Assembly (NCBI GenBank): GCA_016715795.1
Contig: JADJXP010000001.1
Span: forward strand, 261,705-325,704
DNA length: 64,000 nt
Direction of reading: 5' to 3'
DNA from: Chloracidobacterium sp.
GTDB taxonomy: Bacteria > Acidobacteriota > Blastocatellia > Pyrinomonadales > Pyrinomonadaceae
A program made the position numbers and the translations under genes. Below the pieces are notes generated by a model. That model did no database searches. It saw only the letters and a list, made by a program, of their open reading frames with translations, and was not told where the DNA came from. Of this stretch, positions 1 through 8,861 are shown one piece after another (the stretch's first letter is position 1; every line of letters starts with the position of its first letter).

Positions 1-310
1 TATTTGAGACAACACCAAAGGCTGCAAGCCCCGTAAAGAGATGGATCGCCATAAGCCCAAGATACACAGCCAATGCGATCACGAGCCCGTATCTCGCCAA
101 CGGCCGGCTTCCCCAGCGGATGAGAACAACGCCGGCCACCAAGCCGATGGCTATCTTCACGATCAGAAAAGGCCCATTGCCGATGTCCAGCAAGCTCGCC
201 ATCAATTGATTGCCCTCAGTCGCGACGCCGCTCCGGACCCAGACGATCGTGAGCAAGGCATCCAGAAGGTTCAGGGCGAAGAGCAAAAACGTTGGGGCGA
301 TCAGCTGCAT
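1..310 (-). CDS. Small multi-pass membrane protein (DUF5658-like), 3' end beyond window edge
   Basis: The reverse strand reads from the ATG (complement of 308-310) as MQLIAPTFLLFALNLLDALLTIVWVRSGVATEGNQLMASLLDIGNGPFLIVKIAIGLVAGVVLIRW... It stays open to position 1. It contains three hydrophobic helices and an N-L-L-D-x-x-x-T motif typical of DUF5658. The ORF is missing from the track because it is truncated at the window edge. Confidence 0.6.
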   Translation of the reverse strand, partial: MQLIAPTFLLFALNLLDALLTIVWVRSGVATEGNQLMASLLDIGNGPFLIVKIAIGLVAGVVLIRWGSRPLARYGLVIALAVYLGLMAIHLFTGLAAFGVVSN

Positions 311-450
311 ATTTTCTCCTGCAAAATCTTGTTTAACGTTGCTTCTAAACTGGTCGACCCCCGGTTTTTACGCCGGGGGCCGCCTCCAAAGGAGCTGTGA
401 AATTATGTTGTCGCTCAAATATATGTCTAATCTCGACGGATTTCAATAAA

Positions 451-479
451 TTGACATAACATTCCTAGCAACCTATTCT
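451..479 (+). promoter_or_regulatory. Putative sigma70-type promoter for the 564..1280 gene
   Basis: TTGACA (451-456), a 17-nt spacer, then TATTCT (474-479). A GAGGAG Shine-Dalgarno sequence lies just upstream of the ATG at 564. Confidence 0.4.
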
Positions 480-563
480 TCTGTCTTCGTGTCAAAAGCG
501 GCGCACGGCCATTCATCCTAGCCGTCCGCTCTTTGATCCCGTAACCTGAGGAGATAAAAACCA

Positions 564-1280
564 ATGAAACAATGGTCATATTCTAAGAACATCGTCGCGA
601 TGCTTTCGCTGCTTTTGTTGTGCGGCGTCGGCATCGTTTCTGCCCAAAAACCTGTGATCAAGAGAAAGCCGGTCGTACGGAAATCAGTGGCAAAACCGGT
701 CACACCCGTTTACTCGGTCGATACAGGCACAGTAATACGCGTACGCATCGAAAAAACGATCAGCTCAAAGACGGCGAAGGTCGGTAATACATTTTTTGTG
801 ACGGTTACGGAACCGGTCTATGCGAACAACGGAGTGGTCGTCATCCCGACCGGCAGCCGGATCACGGGCCGCGTCGACGCTGTCAAGCCCGCCGCGAAAG
901 GCGGCAAACCGGGCGAGATCGATGCCAGCTTTATCTCCGTAAAGCTGCCAAACGGCCGTGTCCGCACCATCAATGGCTCACTGACCGAACTCACCGAAGG
1001 CAAGTCTTCGAGCGATGACGAGGGAACCGTGAGCGGCGACAAGATGAAGCACCGCAAGATCATCTTTATCGGCAGCGGTGCGGCCGGTGGTGCTGTGCTC
1101 GGTGCAATGGTCGGCGGCGGGAAAGCTACTGCGATCGGAGCAGCGATCGGCGCCGGCGCCGGATTTCTCGGCGAAAGACTCTTAAAGGGCCCCGAAGCCG
1201 AGGTCAAATCAGGCACCGAATTCGGCGTCTACCTCAATCAACCGGTCTCGCTTCCCAGATTCGTTGAGGTTATGCCATAG
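564..1280 (+). CDS. Secreted protein with C-terminal glycine-zipper segment, function unknown
   Basis: N-terminal signal peptide (MLSLLLLCGVGIVSAQ). The C-terminus is Gly/Ala-rich and GxxxG-like (GSGAAGGAVLGAMVGGGKATAIGAAIGAGAGFLG). A terminator hairpin follows the gene. Confidence 0.7.
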   Translation: MKQWSYSKNIVAMLSLLLLCGVGIVSAQKPVIKRKPVVRKSVAKPVTPVYSVDTGTVIRVRIEKTISSKTAKVGNTFFVTVTEPVYANNGVVVIPTGSRITGRVDAVKPAAKGGKPGEIDASFISVKLPNGRVRTINGSLTELTEGKSSSDDEGTVSGDKMKHRKIIFIGSGAAGGAVLGAMVGGGKATAIGAAIGAGAGFLGERLLKGPEAEVKSGTEFGVYLNQPVSLPRFVEVMP

Positions 1281-1304
1281 TAAGTAACCTTGGTTCAAAC
1301 AAAA

Positions 1305-1333
1305 GGGCGGGGACATCGATCCCCGCCCTTTCT
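1305..1333 (+). terminator. Rho-independent terminator
   Basis: GGGCGGGGA (1305-1313) pairs with TCCCCGCCC (1320-1328) and is followed by TTTCT. It lies directly after the stop at 1280. Confidence 0.7.
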
Positions 1334-1337
1334 AATA

Positions 1338-1414
<77 letters not shown>

Positions 1415-1540
1415 CTGATGTAAATGCGGACGGCGTTGGGGGCCGAAACCGCAAGCGTTGATACTAGCAAATAGGCGTTTCTACGTGCAAACTCCGCAGG
1501 TGAGAGGGTTAGGCCTTCAGCGAGTATGTGTAAAAACTTG

Positions 1541-1570
1541 TTGACCAAAGCTCGATGAACATTCTACAAT
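1541..1570 (+). promoter_or_regulatory. Putative sigma70-type promoter for the 1634..2641 gene
   Basis: TTGACC (1541-1546), an 18-nt spacer, then TACAAT (1565-1570). Confidence 0.4.
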
Positions 1571-1633
1571 GATCTTGGCCCATTGGGTTTTTGAACGACC
1601 TTAGTACCGCGGCCCGTTCGGGCGATCTAAGCG

Positions 1634-2641
1634 GTGAAACCAAACACCAGGGAGATGACCGTGAACCTTCAAAAAACCGTGACCTTCCGTTTCGTATTGA
1701 TCTGCCTTTCGCTGCTTTGTTTTCCCGCCATATTGGCGGCACAGAATCCGAAGGGCAACCCGACACTTATTATCGACAAGGCAAAGCCCCGCATGGCGAC
1801 CGCCGACGGCAATAATCTCTATTGCGCCGGCTATATCCAGACGAGCGCCATCAGTACTGTGAACAGTATTGTCGGCGGCCAACATGAGGCCGATGGATAC
1901 TTCTATGCCGAGAATGATTTTGTCTATATAAATATGGGCCGAGACAAGGGTGTCAGCGTTGGCGATATGTTCGCCGTCGTCCGCCCGCGCGGTTCTGTCA
2001 AGAGCGCGTGGACCGATAAAGGGAACATCGGCTATTGGGTCCAGGAACTCGGGGCTCTCGAGGTAGTGAATGTCAAAGACACCGTATCGGTCGCCCGCGT
2101 CGCCTCGTCATGCGATAATTTCCTACTTGGCGATCTCGTCCAGCTTATCGAGAAGCGAGCCAGTCCGAAGCACGATCCTCAACCAGTATTGAATCTCTGG
2201 GCCGATCCGTCGGGTAAGGCAACCGGTCGCATCCTGATGTCTCGCGACGGTGCCGAGATGCTCTCGCGCGACTTTATCGCCTACGTCGATCTCGGGGCCG
2301 AAGACAGCGTCGAGGTCGGCAACAAGCTCACGATCTTTCGCCCGCTCGACGACGGTAACCTGATGAAACGGACGCAGAAGGAATATCCGACCGGCCGCGA
2401 TTACGGCTTCCAAAGCGACGAATACAAGGGCGGCAAGTTCTCAAATCAGTCGTCACGAAAGACCGGCGAACTGGCCCAAGGGAGCCACATTACCACCCGC
2501 GAAGCCAAGCAGGGCCGCCCGCCGCTCCGAAAGATCGTTGGCGAGGCTGTGGTGCTGAATGTTAAAGAACGAACAGCGACCGTCGTCATCACGCGCACGG
2601 GACAGGAGATCCACACCGGCGATTGGGTCGAGCTGCAGTAG
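1634..2641 (+). CDS. Exported protein of unknown function
   Basis: Long ORF with a signal-peptide-like N-terminus (FVLICLSLLCFPAILAAQ). The true start may be the internal ATG at 1655 or the GTG at 1661, which follow a GGGAG sequence. I recognise no family. Confidence 0.6.
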   Translation: MKPNTREMTVNLQKTVTFRFVLICLSLLCFPAILAAQNPKGNPTLIIDKAKPRMATADGNNLYCAGYIQTSAISTVNSIVGGQHEADGYFYAENDFVYINMGRDKGVSVGDMFAVVRPRGSVKSAWTDKGNIGYWVQELGALEVVNVKDTVSVARVASSCDNFLLGDLVQLIEKRASPKHDPQPVLNLWADPSGKATGRILMSRDGAEMLSRDFIAYVDLGAEDSVEVGNKLTIFRPLDDGNLMKRTQKEYPTGRDYGFQSDEYKGGKFSNQSSRKTGELAQGSHITTREAKQGRPPLRKIVGEAVVLNVKERTATVVITRTGQEIHTGDWVELQ

Positions 2642-2666
2642 AAAAGGACGCTAGAGTTCAGCAAAG

Positions 2667-2703
2667 GAAATGTCACTGGGGCGACGGTGACATTTCTTTT
2701 TTT
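2667..2703 (+). terminator. Rho-independent terminator overlapping the 3' end of the convergent gene
   Basis: GAAATGTCAC (2667-2676) pairs with GTGACATTTC (2687-2696), followed by a T7 run. Confidence 0.6.
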
Positions 2704-3638
2704 ATCTGGACAATGAACGAACGGACCGCTGTTGCCTCAGCCGAATCGGGGAAGATGCGGAGGAACTCCTCATAGTTTGCGATGGCTTCCTTCCAACGCT
2801 CTTGCCGCTCGTATATCAGGCCCAGCAGTTGGTAAATAACGATCGTATCCGGCGCTCCGGAGAGCTGTTTGAGTGACTGCTTGAGGTTCTTCGCGGAATC
2901 CGTGTAAGCTGCATCCTCAAGCTCAAAATCACCGCCGCCGCCGTAGCCCTCGGCCTTTTCCTTGTAGAGCAGCCCAAGCCCGGCGTATGCCTCCGGCTGA
3001 AATCCCCGGCCCTCGGTGATCGCACGTTTGAACGACGCGATGGCCTTTTCCTCTTCGCCGCCTTCCTTGTAGATGCGGCCAAGAACTGCCGAGGCCTCGG
3101 CATATCCGGGACGGTACTTGCGGGCCTGAGCAATTGCCTTTTGGGCCTCATCGAGGTCGCCCATATCGGCAAGGGTGCGGGCAAGGGCAAGGTATGCCTC
3201 GGGATAAGCGGGCCTCAGGCGGATCGCTTTGCGATAGGCGTCCTCGGCCTTTTCGCGATCGACGAGGGTCAGCCGTTCTGCCTCCTGGAAAGCCAATTCG
3301 GCGTCGTCGGTCGTCTTTACAAGCCCAATCGGCAGATCACCCCGCCTCGCCGCCGTTATCGGCTGTGTTCTCTCCTTAAAGCCGTCAGCCCGCACACGCA
3401 AGCTGTGAGCCCCCGTTGCGATCGTTTTGATATCGAGCCGGCCCGATGCGTCTGTCTTTCCAAATCGAACGCCGTCAACCCAAACAACCGCATTCGGCTC
3501 GGTAATGACCCTGATCGAGCGGAATTGTACCGACTGGCCGTGCGCATACGAACAAGCCGCAGCGATGAGACCGATCATCAATAAGTTGCGTAGCATATTC
3601 CGTTTTGACGGCCGCCGGGATCTATTAGTTGTGCGCAT
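2673..3638 (-). CDS. TPR-repeat protein with N-terminal PEGA-like beta-sandwich domain
   Basis: Signal/TM segment (LLMIGLIAAACSYAHG). PEGA-like stretch (IRVITEPNAVVWVDGVRFGKTDASGRLDI...HSLRVRADGFKE). Several TPR-like A-x-x-x-Y-x-x-A-I-x-L-x-P repeats follow. Confidence 0.75.
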   Translation of the reverse strand: MRTTNRSRRPSKRNMLRNLLMIGLIAAACSYAHGQSVQFRSIRVITEPNAVVWVDGVRFGKTDASGRLDIKTIATGAHSLRVRADGFKERTQPITAARRGDLPIGLVKTTDDAELAFQEAERLTLVDREKAEDAYRKAIRLRPAYPEAYLALARTLADMGDLDEAQKAIAQARKYRPGYAEASAVLGRIYKEGGEEEKAIASFKRAITEGRGFQPEAYAGLGLLYKEKAEGYGGGGDFELEDAAYTDSAKNLKQSLKQLSGAPDTIVIYQLLGLIYERQERWKEAIANYEEFLRIFPDSAEATAVRSFIVQIKKEMSPSPQ

Positions 3639-4849
3639 TACCCTATACGAGAAAACTCGTCCACCTCATTGCCTGCCTTCCTCGCCGTAAATAGCACCTT
3701 GATCAATGGCGGTGCGATCAGAGTCGTGGCTACCGCCATAAAGAGGACTGATGCAAAAAATGTCTGGCCGATAACGCCAAGGCCGAGTCCGATCTGCGCG
3801 ACGACGATGCCTACCTCGCCTCTTGGGACCATTCCGATACCGATCTGTGCCATCTCGCGGCGGCTCAGGCCCCAGCCGCCGAGCCCGCAGCCGACAAATT
3901 TCGTCGCCACAGCTACCAATGTCAGCACGGCCGCAAAGGCAACGACGGACGCATCTCGAAACACCGTCAGGCTCAACTGCATTCCGATATTTACTAGAAA
4001 GAACGGGATGAGAAACTCAGATACGCCGCTGGTCAGCCGGTGCATCTTTTCATTCTCCTCAGTGGCCTCGGCGAGGGCCATGCCCGCGAGAAAAGCGCCG
4101 ATGATAGCCGCGATGCCGACGTAGATCGACGCTACAGATAGGCCGAGGCACAGGATCAGTCCGAGGGTAAAGAACGGCTTGCCAAGCCGGAGCCGTTCGA
4201 TGAATGGGGCCAACCTGTTAATTACACGTGAACCGACCAACGCAACAAATCCCGTGAATAGCACGGCCGCGGCCGCCGTCTTGGCGAGCCCCGCGTAGCT
4301 CACGCTTCCCTGGCTGACCGTCGAGACGAGTGAAAGAATGATAAGGCCGAGAATGTCATCGATCACGGCCGCACCGAGTATTACCCTCGCCGTCGGTTCG
4401 TCGAGCAGGCCCATCGACCCGAGCACACGTGCCGTGATGCCGACCGATGTCGCGACTAGGGCAGCCCCGATGAACATTGATTCGGCAAATGAGCCACCCC
4501 ATGCTACGGCGAGAAAATAGCCGGCAACGAACGGGAGGACCACGCCCAACACGCCGACCATCGCCGCTCGCATACCGACGCTGAAGATCGCCTGCGGTTT
4601 TGTTTCGAGGCCAACGTTAAAGAGAAGGAAGATGACGCCGATCTCGGCGAGGACACCGATGACCTCACCTGGAGCGACCCATCCCAGCAGCGACGGGCCG
4701 ATAATGACGCCCGCAATTATCTCGCCTACCACTGCCGGCTGCCTGATCCGCTCAAAGATCTCGGCCATCACCTTCGCCGAGGCAAGGATAATGAAAAGAT
4801 CGAGCAGCACGGCTGCGTTCTCAATGCTGGCGGCCAGAAATATCGGCAT
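3638..4849 (-). CDS. Cation:proton antiporter (CPA2 / Na+-H+ exchanger family)
   Basis: 403 aa, polytopic. The N-terminus is typical of Kef/NapA-type antiporters (AEIFERIRQPAVVGEIIAGVIIGPSLLGW). Confidence 0.85.
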   Translation of the reverse strand: MPIFLAASIENAAVLLDLFIILASAKVMAEIFERIRQPAVVGEIIAGVIIGPSLLGWVAPGEVIGVLAEIGVIFLLFNVGLETKPQAIFSVGMRAAMVGVLGVVLPFVAGYFLAVAWGGSFAESMFIGAALVATSVGITARVLGSMGLLDEPTARVILGAAVIDDILGLIILSLVSTVSQGSVSYAGLAKTAAAAVLFTGFVALVGSRVINRLAPFIERLRLGKPFFTLGLILCLGLSVASIYVGIAAIIGAFLAGMALAEATEENEKMHRLTSGVSEFLIPFFLVNIGMQLSLTVFRDASVVAFAAVLTLVAVATKFVGCGLGGWGLSRREMAQIGIGMVPRGEVGIVVAQIGLGLGVIGQTFFASVLFMAVATTLIAPPLIKVLFTARKAGNEVDEFSRIG

Positions 4850-4930
4850 AATGTAAAGCTGATCCGTTAATTTTATCAGAAATCAACGACCTTGATTTTT
4901 CCCGGCACCCGACTATAATCAATAATTCGT

Positions 4931-5007
4931 GGCTGGGTAGCTCAGCTGGTTAGAGCGCGGGATTCATAACCCCGAGGTCGGGAGTTCAAGTCTCCCCCCC
5001 GCCACCA
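4931..5007 (+). tRNA. tRNA with CAU anticodon (Met, or Ile2 if lysidine-modified)
   Basis: 77-nt cloverleaf: GGCTGGG TA GCTC AGCTGGTTA GAGC G CGGGA TTCATAA CCCCG AGGTC GGGAG TTCAAGT CTCCC CCCCGCC A CCA. There is one acceptor-stem mismatch (T4:C69). Met and Ile2 cannot be told apart by eye. Confidence 0.8.
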
Positions 5008-5444
5008 CCGTTCACTTAATCCGTAGCTTCTAGTTCTTCCTCAAGCCGTTGCCGTTCGTAGAGATCGGCGTATTCGCCGTCTGCGGCAAGCAACTCGTCG
5101 TGGGTGCCGCGTTCGATGATGCGGCCATCGGCGAGGACGCAGATCAGGTCGGCGTCCTTGATGGTCGAGACGCGATGCGAGACGATGAGCGTCGTGCGGC
5201 CCGATCGAACGTCGCGCAGATTGTGAAGGATCTTTTCCTCGGTGTAGGTGTCGACGGCGCTTAGCGAATCGTCAAGGATCAATATCCGCGGATCGCGCAT
5301 CACCGCACGAGCGATGGCCGTTCGCTGTTTCTGCCCGCCGGACAATGTAATGCCGCGCTCGCCTACGAGTTGTTCATAACCGTCGGGGAAGGTCTCGATA
5401 TCGTCCGCGAGGCCGGCGATCGCCGCGGCGAACGCGACCGTCAT

Positions 5445-5547
5445 GTCAGTGCCACCTGCGGTAGCGGGTGGTTGAGTATCCGTTTTGCTCACCATCATGT
5501 TACTTCCACTCTGCGTTAAACCACCCGCTACCGCGGGTGGTACTGAC
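5445..5547. repeat. Nested palindromic element inside the ABC nucleotide-binding-domain coding sequence
   Basis: The 29-nt arms gtcagtgccacctgcggtagcgggtggtt (5445-5473) and aaccacccgctaccgcgggtggtactgac (5519-5547) are inverted repeats with 2 mismatches. Each arm contains its own hairpin, CCACC(C/T)GC-N4-GCGGGTGG. Confidence 0.85.
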
Positions 5548-5829
5548 ACGCCGAACGCTATATTGTTCGCCAGTGTATCGCTAAACAAGAAAGTCTCCTG
5601 TGGGACAAAGCCGATCGCGCGTCTCAATTGTGCCAGCGGATATTCGCGCACGCTCCGGCCGTCGATCAATACGCTGCCATCAGGAGCGTCCATCATCCGC
5701 GGGATGAGTGACACAAGCGTCGATTTGCCGCTTCCGGTCTTGCCGACGAACGCCACGGTCCGGCCGGCCGGAATGACGAGGTCGATATCCTTTAGAACAT
5801 CTCTTGAGCCAATTGCAGTTCGGAAGGGT

Positions 5830-5875
5830 GGCTTGCCCCCGCCGCCTTGTTGTTCCGAAAGGGCGGGGGCAAGCC
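5830..5875. repeat. Perfect 14-bp-stem palindrome inside the ABC nucleotide-binding-domain coding sequence
   Basis: ggcttgcccccgcc (5830-5843) and ggcgggggcaagcc (5862-5875) are exact reverse complements separated by an 18-nt loop. Confidence 0.85.
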
Positions 5876-6964
5876 CGCCTTCCTGACCACCATTCGACGA
5901 CGCACCGTGGTTTCCATTCGCAGCATATGAAAATGTCAGATCGCGAAACTCGACCGAGCCGCTGATCGGCCGCTGTTCGATCACGCCTTCGTCGTCGCGG
6001 ATCGCCGGTACGGCCTCGAGTATCGCATTGAATCGCTTAAGCGACGCCGTTCCGCGCTGATAAAGGTTGACGACATAGCCGAGCGCGATCAGATACCAGA
6101 TCATTCGCTGCAGATAAAGGATGAACGCCGTAAAGTCGCCCGCCGTGATCTCGGCGCGAACCGCCATCGGCACACCGACGGCAACGATGATGACAAAGCC
6201 GAGTCCGATGAAGAAGAACAGCATCGGCCGCATAGCGGCGGCATATTTTACGAGCCGCAGGTTTTGCGTTGCATATTCGCGGTTCAGCACCTGAAAACGC
6301 TCGATCTCGGCATCTTCCTGAGCGTAGGCACGCACGACGCGCACGCCGGTCAGATTCTCTTGCGCACGGGCGGTGATATCGGAGAAAAATTCCTGTATCT
6401 TCTCAAAGCGGGTGTGTATCTGGCCGCCGAGATACTTGACCGTAAGCGAGACCAGCGGCGCGGGATCAGCATCAGCAGCGTGAGCTTTGTTGAGATGCTG
6501 AGCAATATCGGCAGCGAGATGCACAGGGCGAAGATCGCCTGAAAGCTGTAAAGGATCATCGGGCCGACGATCTGGCGAACGGCGGCCAGGTCATTTGTTG
6601 CCCGTGCCATCAGGTCGCCGACGCGGTTCTGGCGGAAATATTCGAGTGGTTGATCGACAAGCGCCGCGTAAAAATCCTGCCGCATGTCGAATTCGATATG
6701 CCGCGACGTGTTGATCAGCAGCCGACGCTGCAGGAACAGAAAGACGCCGCTTCCAAGATTGATCGCCAGGATCACCAGCGGATAGTAAACGACCTTGTCC
6801 CAAGTCACGCCTGCGTGCAGATCGTCCACCGCCCGCCCGACCATGTAGGGCACGAACAGCCCGAACGACATCGACGCCAGAATGCAGCCGATGCCGACAA
6901 GGACGGTACCCTTGTAGGGTTTGAAATAACGGGCAAATTTGCGTAGCTGCTCCATTAAAAGGTC

Positions 6965-7034
6965 AACCACATAGAGACATAGAACACATCGGAAATGCTT
7001 TTATGTTCTATGTGCTCTATGTTCCTATGTGGTT
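6965..7034. terminator. Word-repeat hairpin downstream of the thioesterase gene
   Basis: aaccacatagagacatagaacacat (6965-6989) pairs imperfectly with atgttctatgtgctctatgttcctatgtggtt (7003-7034). Both arms are built from degenerate ~7-nt words (ATAGAAC / ATGTTCT). Confidence 0.55.
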
Positions 7035-7456
7035 CAGATCCTCGTGTAGGTAGAGATCGCAGTCGCGATCAGCTTGCCTTCCTCGTTATGCACCTCGGCC
7101 GAGACGGTAAAGATGCGTTTTCCGGCGCGGACGACGCGAGCCGTGCAGGCAATGGTCCCGCTCACGTGCGGCCGCACATAATGGACGGTAAGGTCGATCG
7201 TCGTCGTGGCCTCATCAATGCCGAGCCGCGTGCGCACGGCGAATGCCATTGCCGTATCGATCAGCGTCGCCGTCACGCCGCCGTGCAGCACGCCGTTCGC
7301 CTGTTTGAGGTCGTCGCGCATGTCGATGGCGACGGTGGCCTCGTCGGGCCGAAGCTCCAACAGCCGCATCCCTATCATCTGCGAGAGCGGCATGCTGCTG
7401 AGGGCCTTTTCCGCCAGCGAGCGCAGTTCGGGGCTTATCTCTTTCATGATCGTCAT
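7034..7456 (-). CDS. PaaI-family hotdog-fold thioesterase
   Basis: 140 aa, with the motif NGVLHGGVTATLIDTAMAFAV typical of PaaI/YbgC-like thioesterases. Its start overlaps the stop of the upstream gene by 4 nt. Confidence 0.8.
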   Translation of the reverse strand: MTIMKEISPELRSLAEKALSSMPLSQMIGMRLLELRPDEATVAIDMRDDLKQANGVLHGGVTATLIDTAMAFAVRTRLGIDEATTTIDLTVHYVRPHVSGTIACTARVVRAGKRIFTVSAEVHNEEGKLIATAISTYTRI

Positions 7457-8076
7457 TTGGTTACACGCCGGTAGCCGGCCGGGACTTGGAATACTGCATC
7501 GTCAACGTCAAGTTTTACATTTCGCAGCTCATAAACGAACAGCGTCTCGCCGTCCTCGCTAAATTCCTGCCGCACCATCAGGCCCGACGTTTCGTCGATT
7601 GACACGACAATGCCGGCGTCGCGGGCCTTGTATCGGATGACGCCGTCCTTGCGGTCAAGTTCGTCATAGCGAAAGGGCATGCCGCGCTGAAAAAAGTCTC
7701 TCGCGACGTCGTTTGCCACAGGCGGGCGGCCCGAGCCGGACGGTGTCATCTTATACGTCCGGGCGGTGTGATCGATGGTGTAGATCGCGTCGGTGCCGAG
7801 ACTCGTGGTCGCGAGCTTGCCGCCGCGATAGAGGTCGAGGCGCGAATACTCGCCCTTGCGAGCTACAAAGTAGTGCGTCTGTGTGCCGAGCGTGGTCACC
7901 ACGACGTCGGCCTGATAGACGTCGGGCTCGCTCGTCGGGAATGGAAACCTCTTTGACTCCTCGGCCGGTGTCGGCGCATTGACATTCTCGGCGGGCGGCG
8001 TCGCTGTGCAGCCTTGCAAAATGCCGGCACACAACAACGACAGGAGCAGGAGCACACGCGAATTTGACAAAGACAT
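7453..8076 (-). CDS. Lipoprotein of unknown function
   Basis: Lipobox-like N-terminus (LLLLSLLCAGILQGC). Co-oriented with and overlapping the thioesterase gene. Confidence 0.65.
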   Translation of the reverse strand: MSLSNSRVLLLLSLLCAGILQGCTATPPAENVNAPTPAEESKRFPFPTSEPDVYQADVVVTTLGTQTHYFVARKGEYSRLDLYRGGKLATTSLGTDAIYTIDHTARTYKMTPSGSGRPPVANDVARDFFQRGMPFRYDELDRKDGVIRYKARDAGIVVSIDETSGLMVRQEFSEDGETLFVYELRNVKLDVDDAVFQVPAGYRRVTK

Positions 8077-8108
8077 CCAGGTGAATCGATTCTAGCATAA
8101 CGCCCGAT

Positions 8109-8861
8109 ATGGACAATTTGGCGAGATTACAGAGGCGTTTTGTGCTTGGCGGGCTGGCGATATTGCCGTTTGCGCCGATGCTCTATATTCAGGGCCGCGT
8201 CACGCGGTGGAAGGTCGGCCTGCTGCCTGATGCCGGCGGCCCGACGCACGGCACGACGGGCGAAGGCACAGACGCCGCACGCCTGCTCGTCATCGGCGAA
8301 TCGACCGTTGCCGGATTAGGGGCACGCACACACGAAAAGGCGCTCGCCGGGCAGTTTGCCAAATGCCTCGCCGGGCATATCGGCCGCGCGGTCGAGTGGC
8401 ATGTAGTGGGGCGCAATGGCGTGACGGCCCGCCGCGTGATCGACGAGCTGATGCCGCTGGTGCCTGACATCGATTTTGACCACATACTGATCGGCATCGG
8501 CGGCAACGACGTGATGCGGCTCACCAGCCCGCGCGTCTGGCGGCGTGATATGACCGAGCTGCTCGGCATGCTTCGCGTGCGATGCCCCGAGGCGGCGATC
8601 TTTATCTCAAACTGCCCGATGATCATAATGTCGCCCGCCATTCCCGAGCCCGCCAAGTCCGTGCTCTGGCGGCTCTCGCAGATGCACAACGAGAACATCA
8701 TCGAATTCACACGCCCGATGCGCCGCGTAGTGTATTATCCTCAGCCGCCCGACATCACGCTCGAAGGCTTTTTTGCCGACGGCATTCACCCCTCAGAAAA
8801 AGGCTACGCCGACTGGGCCGCCGCCATGATGCGTTACTTCACGGAGAATCACAAATGGTGA
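8109..8861 (+). CDS. SGNH/GDSL-family hydrolase
   Basis: Block I GESTVAG, block III GIGGNDV and block V DGIHPS are all present. Confidence 0.8.
   Translation: MDNLARLQRRFVLGGLAILPFAPMLYIQGRVTRWKVGLLPDAGGPTHGTTGEGTDAARLLVIGESTVAGLGARTHEKALAGQFAKCLAGHIGRAVEWHVVGRNGVTARRVIDELMPLVPDIDFDHILIGIGGNDVMRLTSPRVWRRDMTELLGMLRVRCPEAAIFISNCPMIIMSPAIPEPAKSVLWRLSQMHNENIIEFTRPMRRVVYYPQPPDITLEGFFADGIHPSEKGYADWAAAMMRYFTENHKW

Larger units (their letters stand above)
5016..6970 (-). pseudogene. ABC exporter, fused permease/ATPase (MsbA/MdlB-like), reading frame broken by an apparent 1-nt deletion
   Basis: The N-terminal transmembrane-domain ORF (6350..6970) and the ORF for the rest of the transmembrane domain plus the nucleotide-binding domain (5016..6524) overlap in different frames. 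The homologous sequence continues across the frame change: ...[10 protein letters not shown] / [16 protein letters not shown]... at about 6458-6464. Walker A (GKTGSGKST), the signature motif (LSGGQKQR) and Walker B (ILILDD) are present. This could be a sequencing error rather than real decay. Confidence 0.8.

Noticed and set aside
41-400. 119-aa plus-strand ORF at the window start
   Set aside because: The opposite strand encodes a convincing multi-TM protein (DUF5658-like) over the same bases. The plus-strand ORF is a high-GC antisense artefact.
8582-8854. 5' extension of the 580-aa ORF overlapping the SGNH hydrolase gene
   Set aside because: The extension is Arg/His-rich and lies entirely inside the well-supported SGNH coding sequence in another frame. 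The ATG at 8855, which overlaps the SGNH stop, is the more plausible start.
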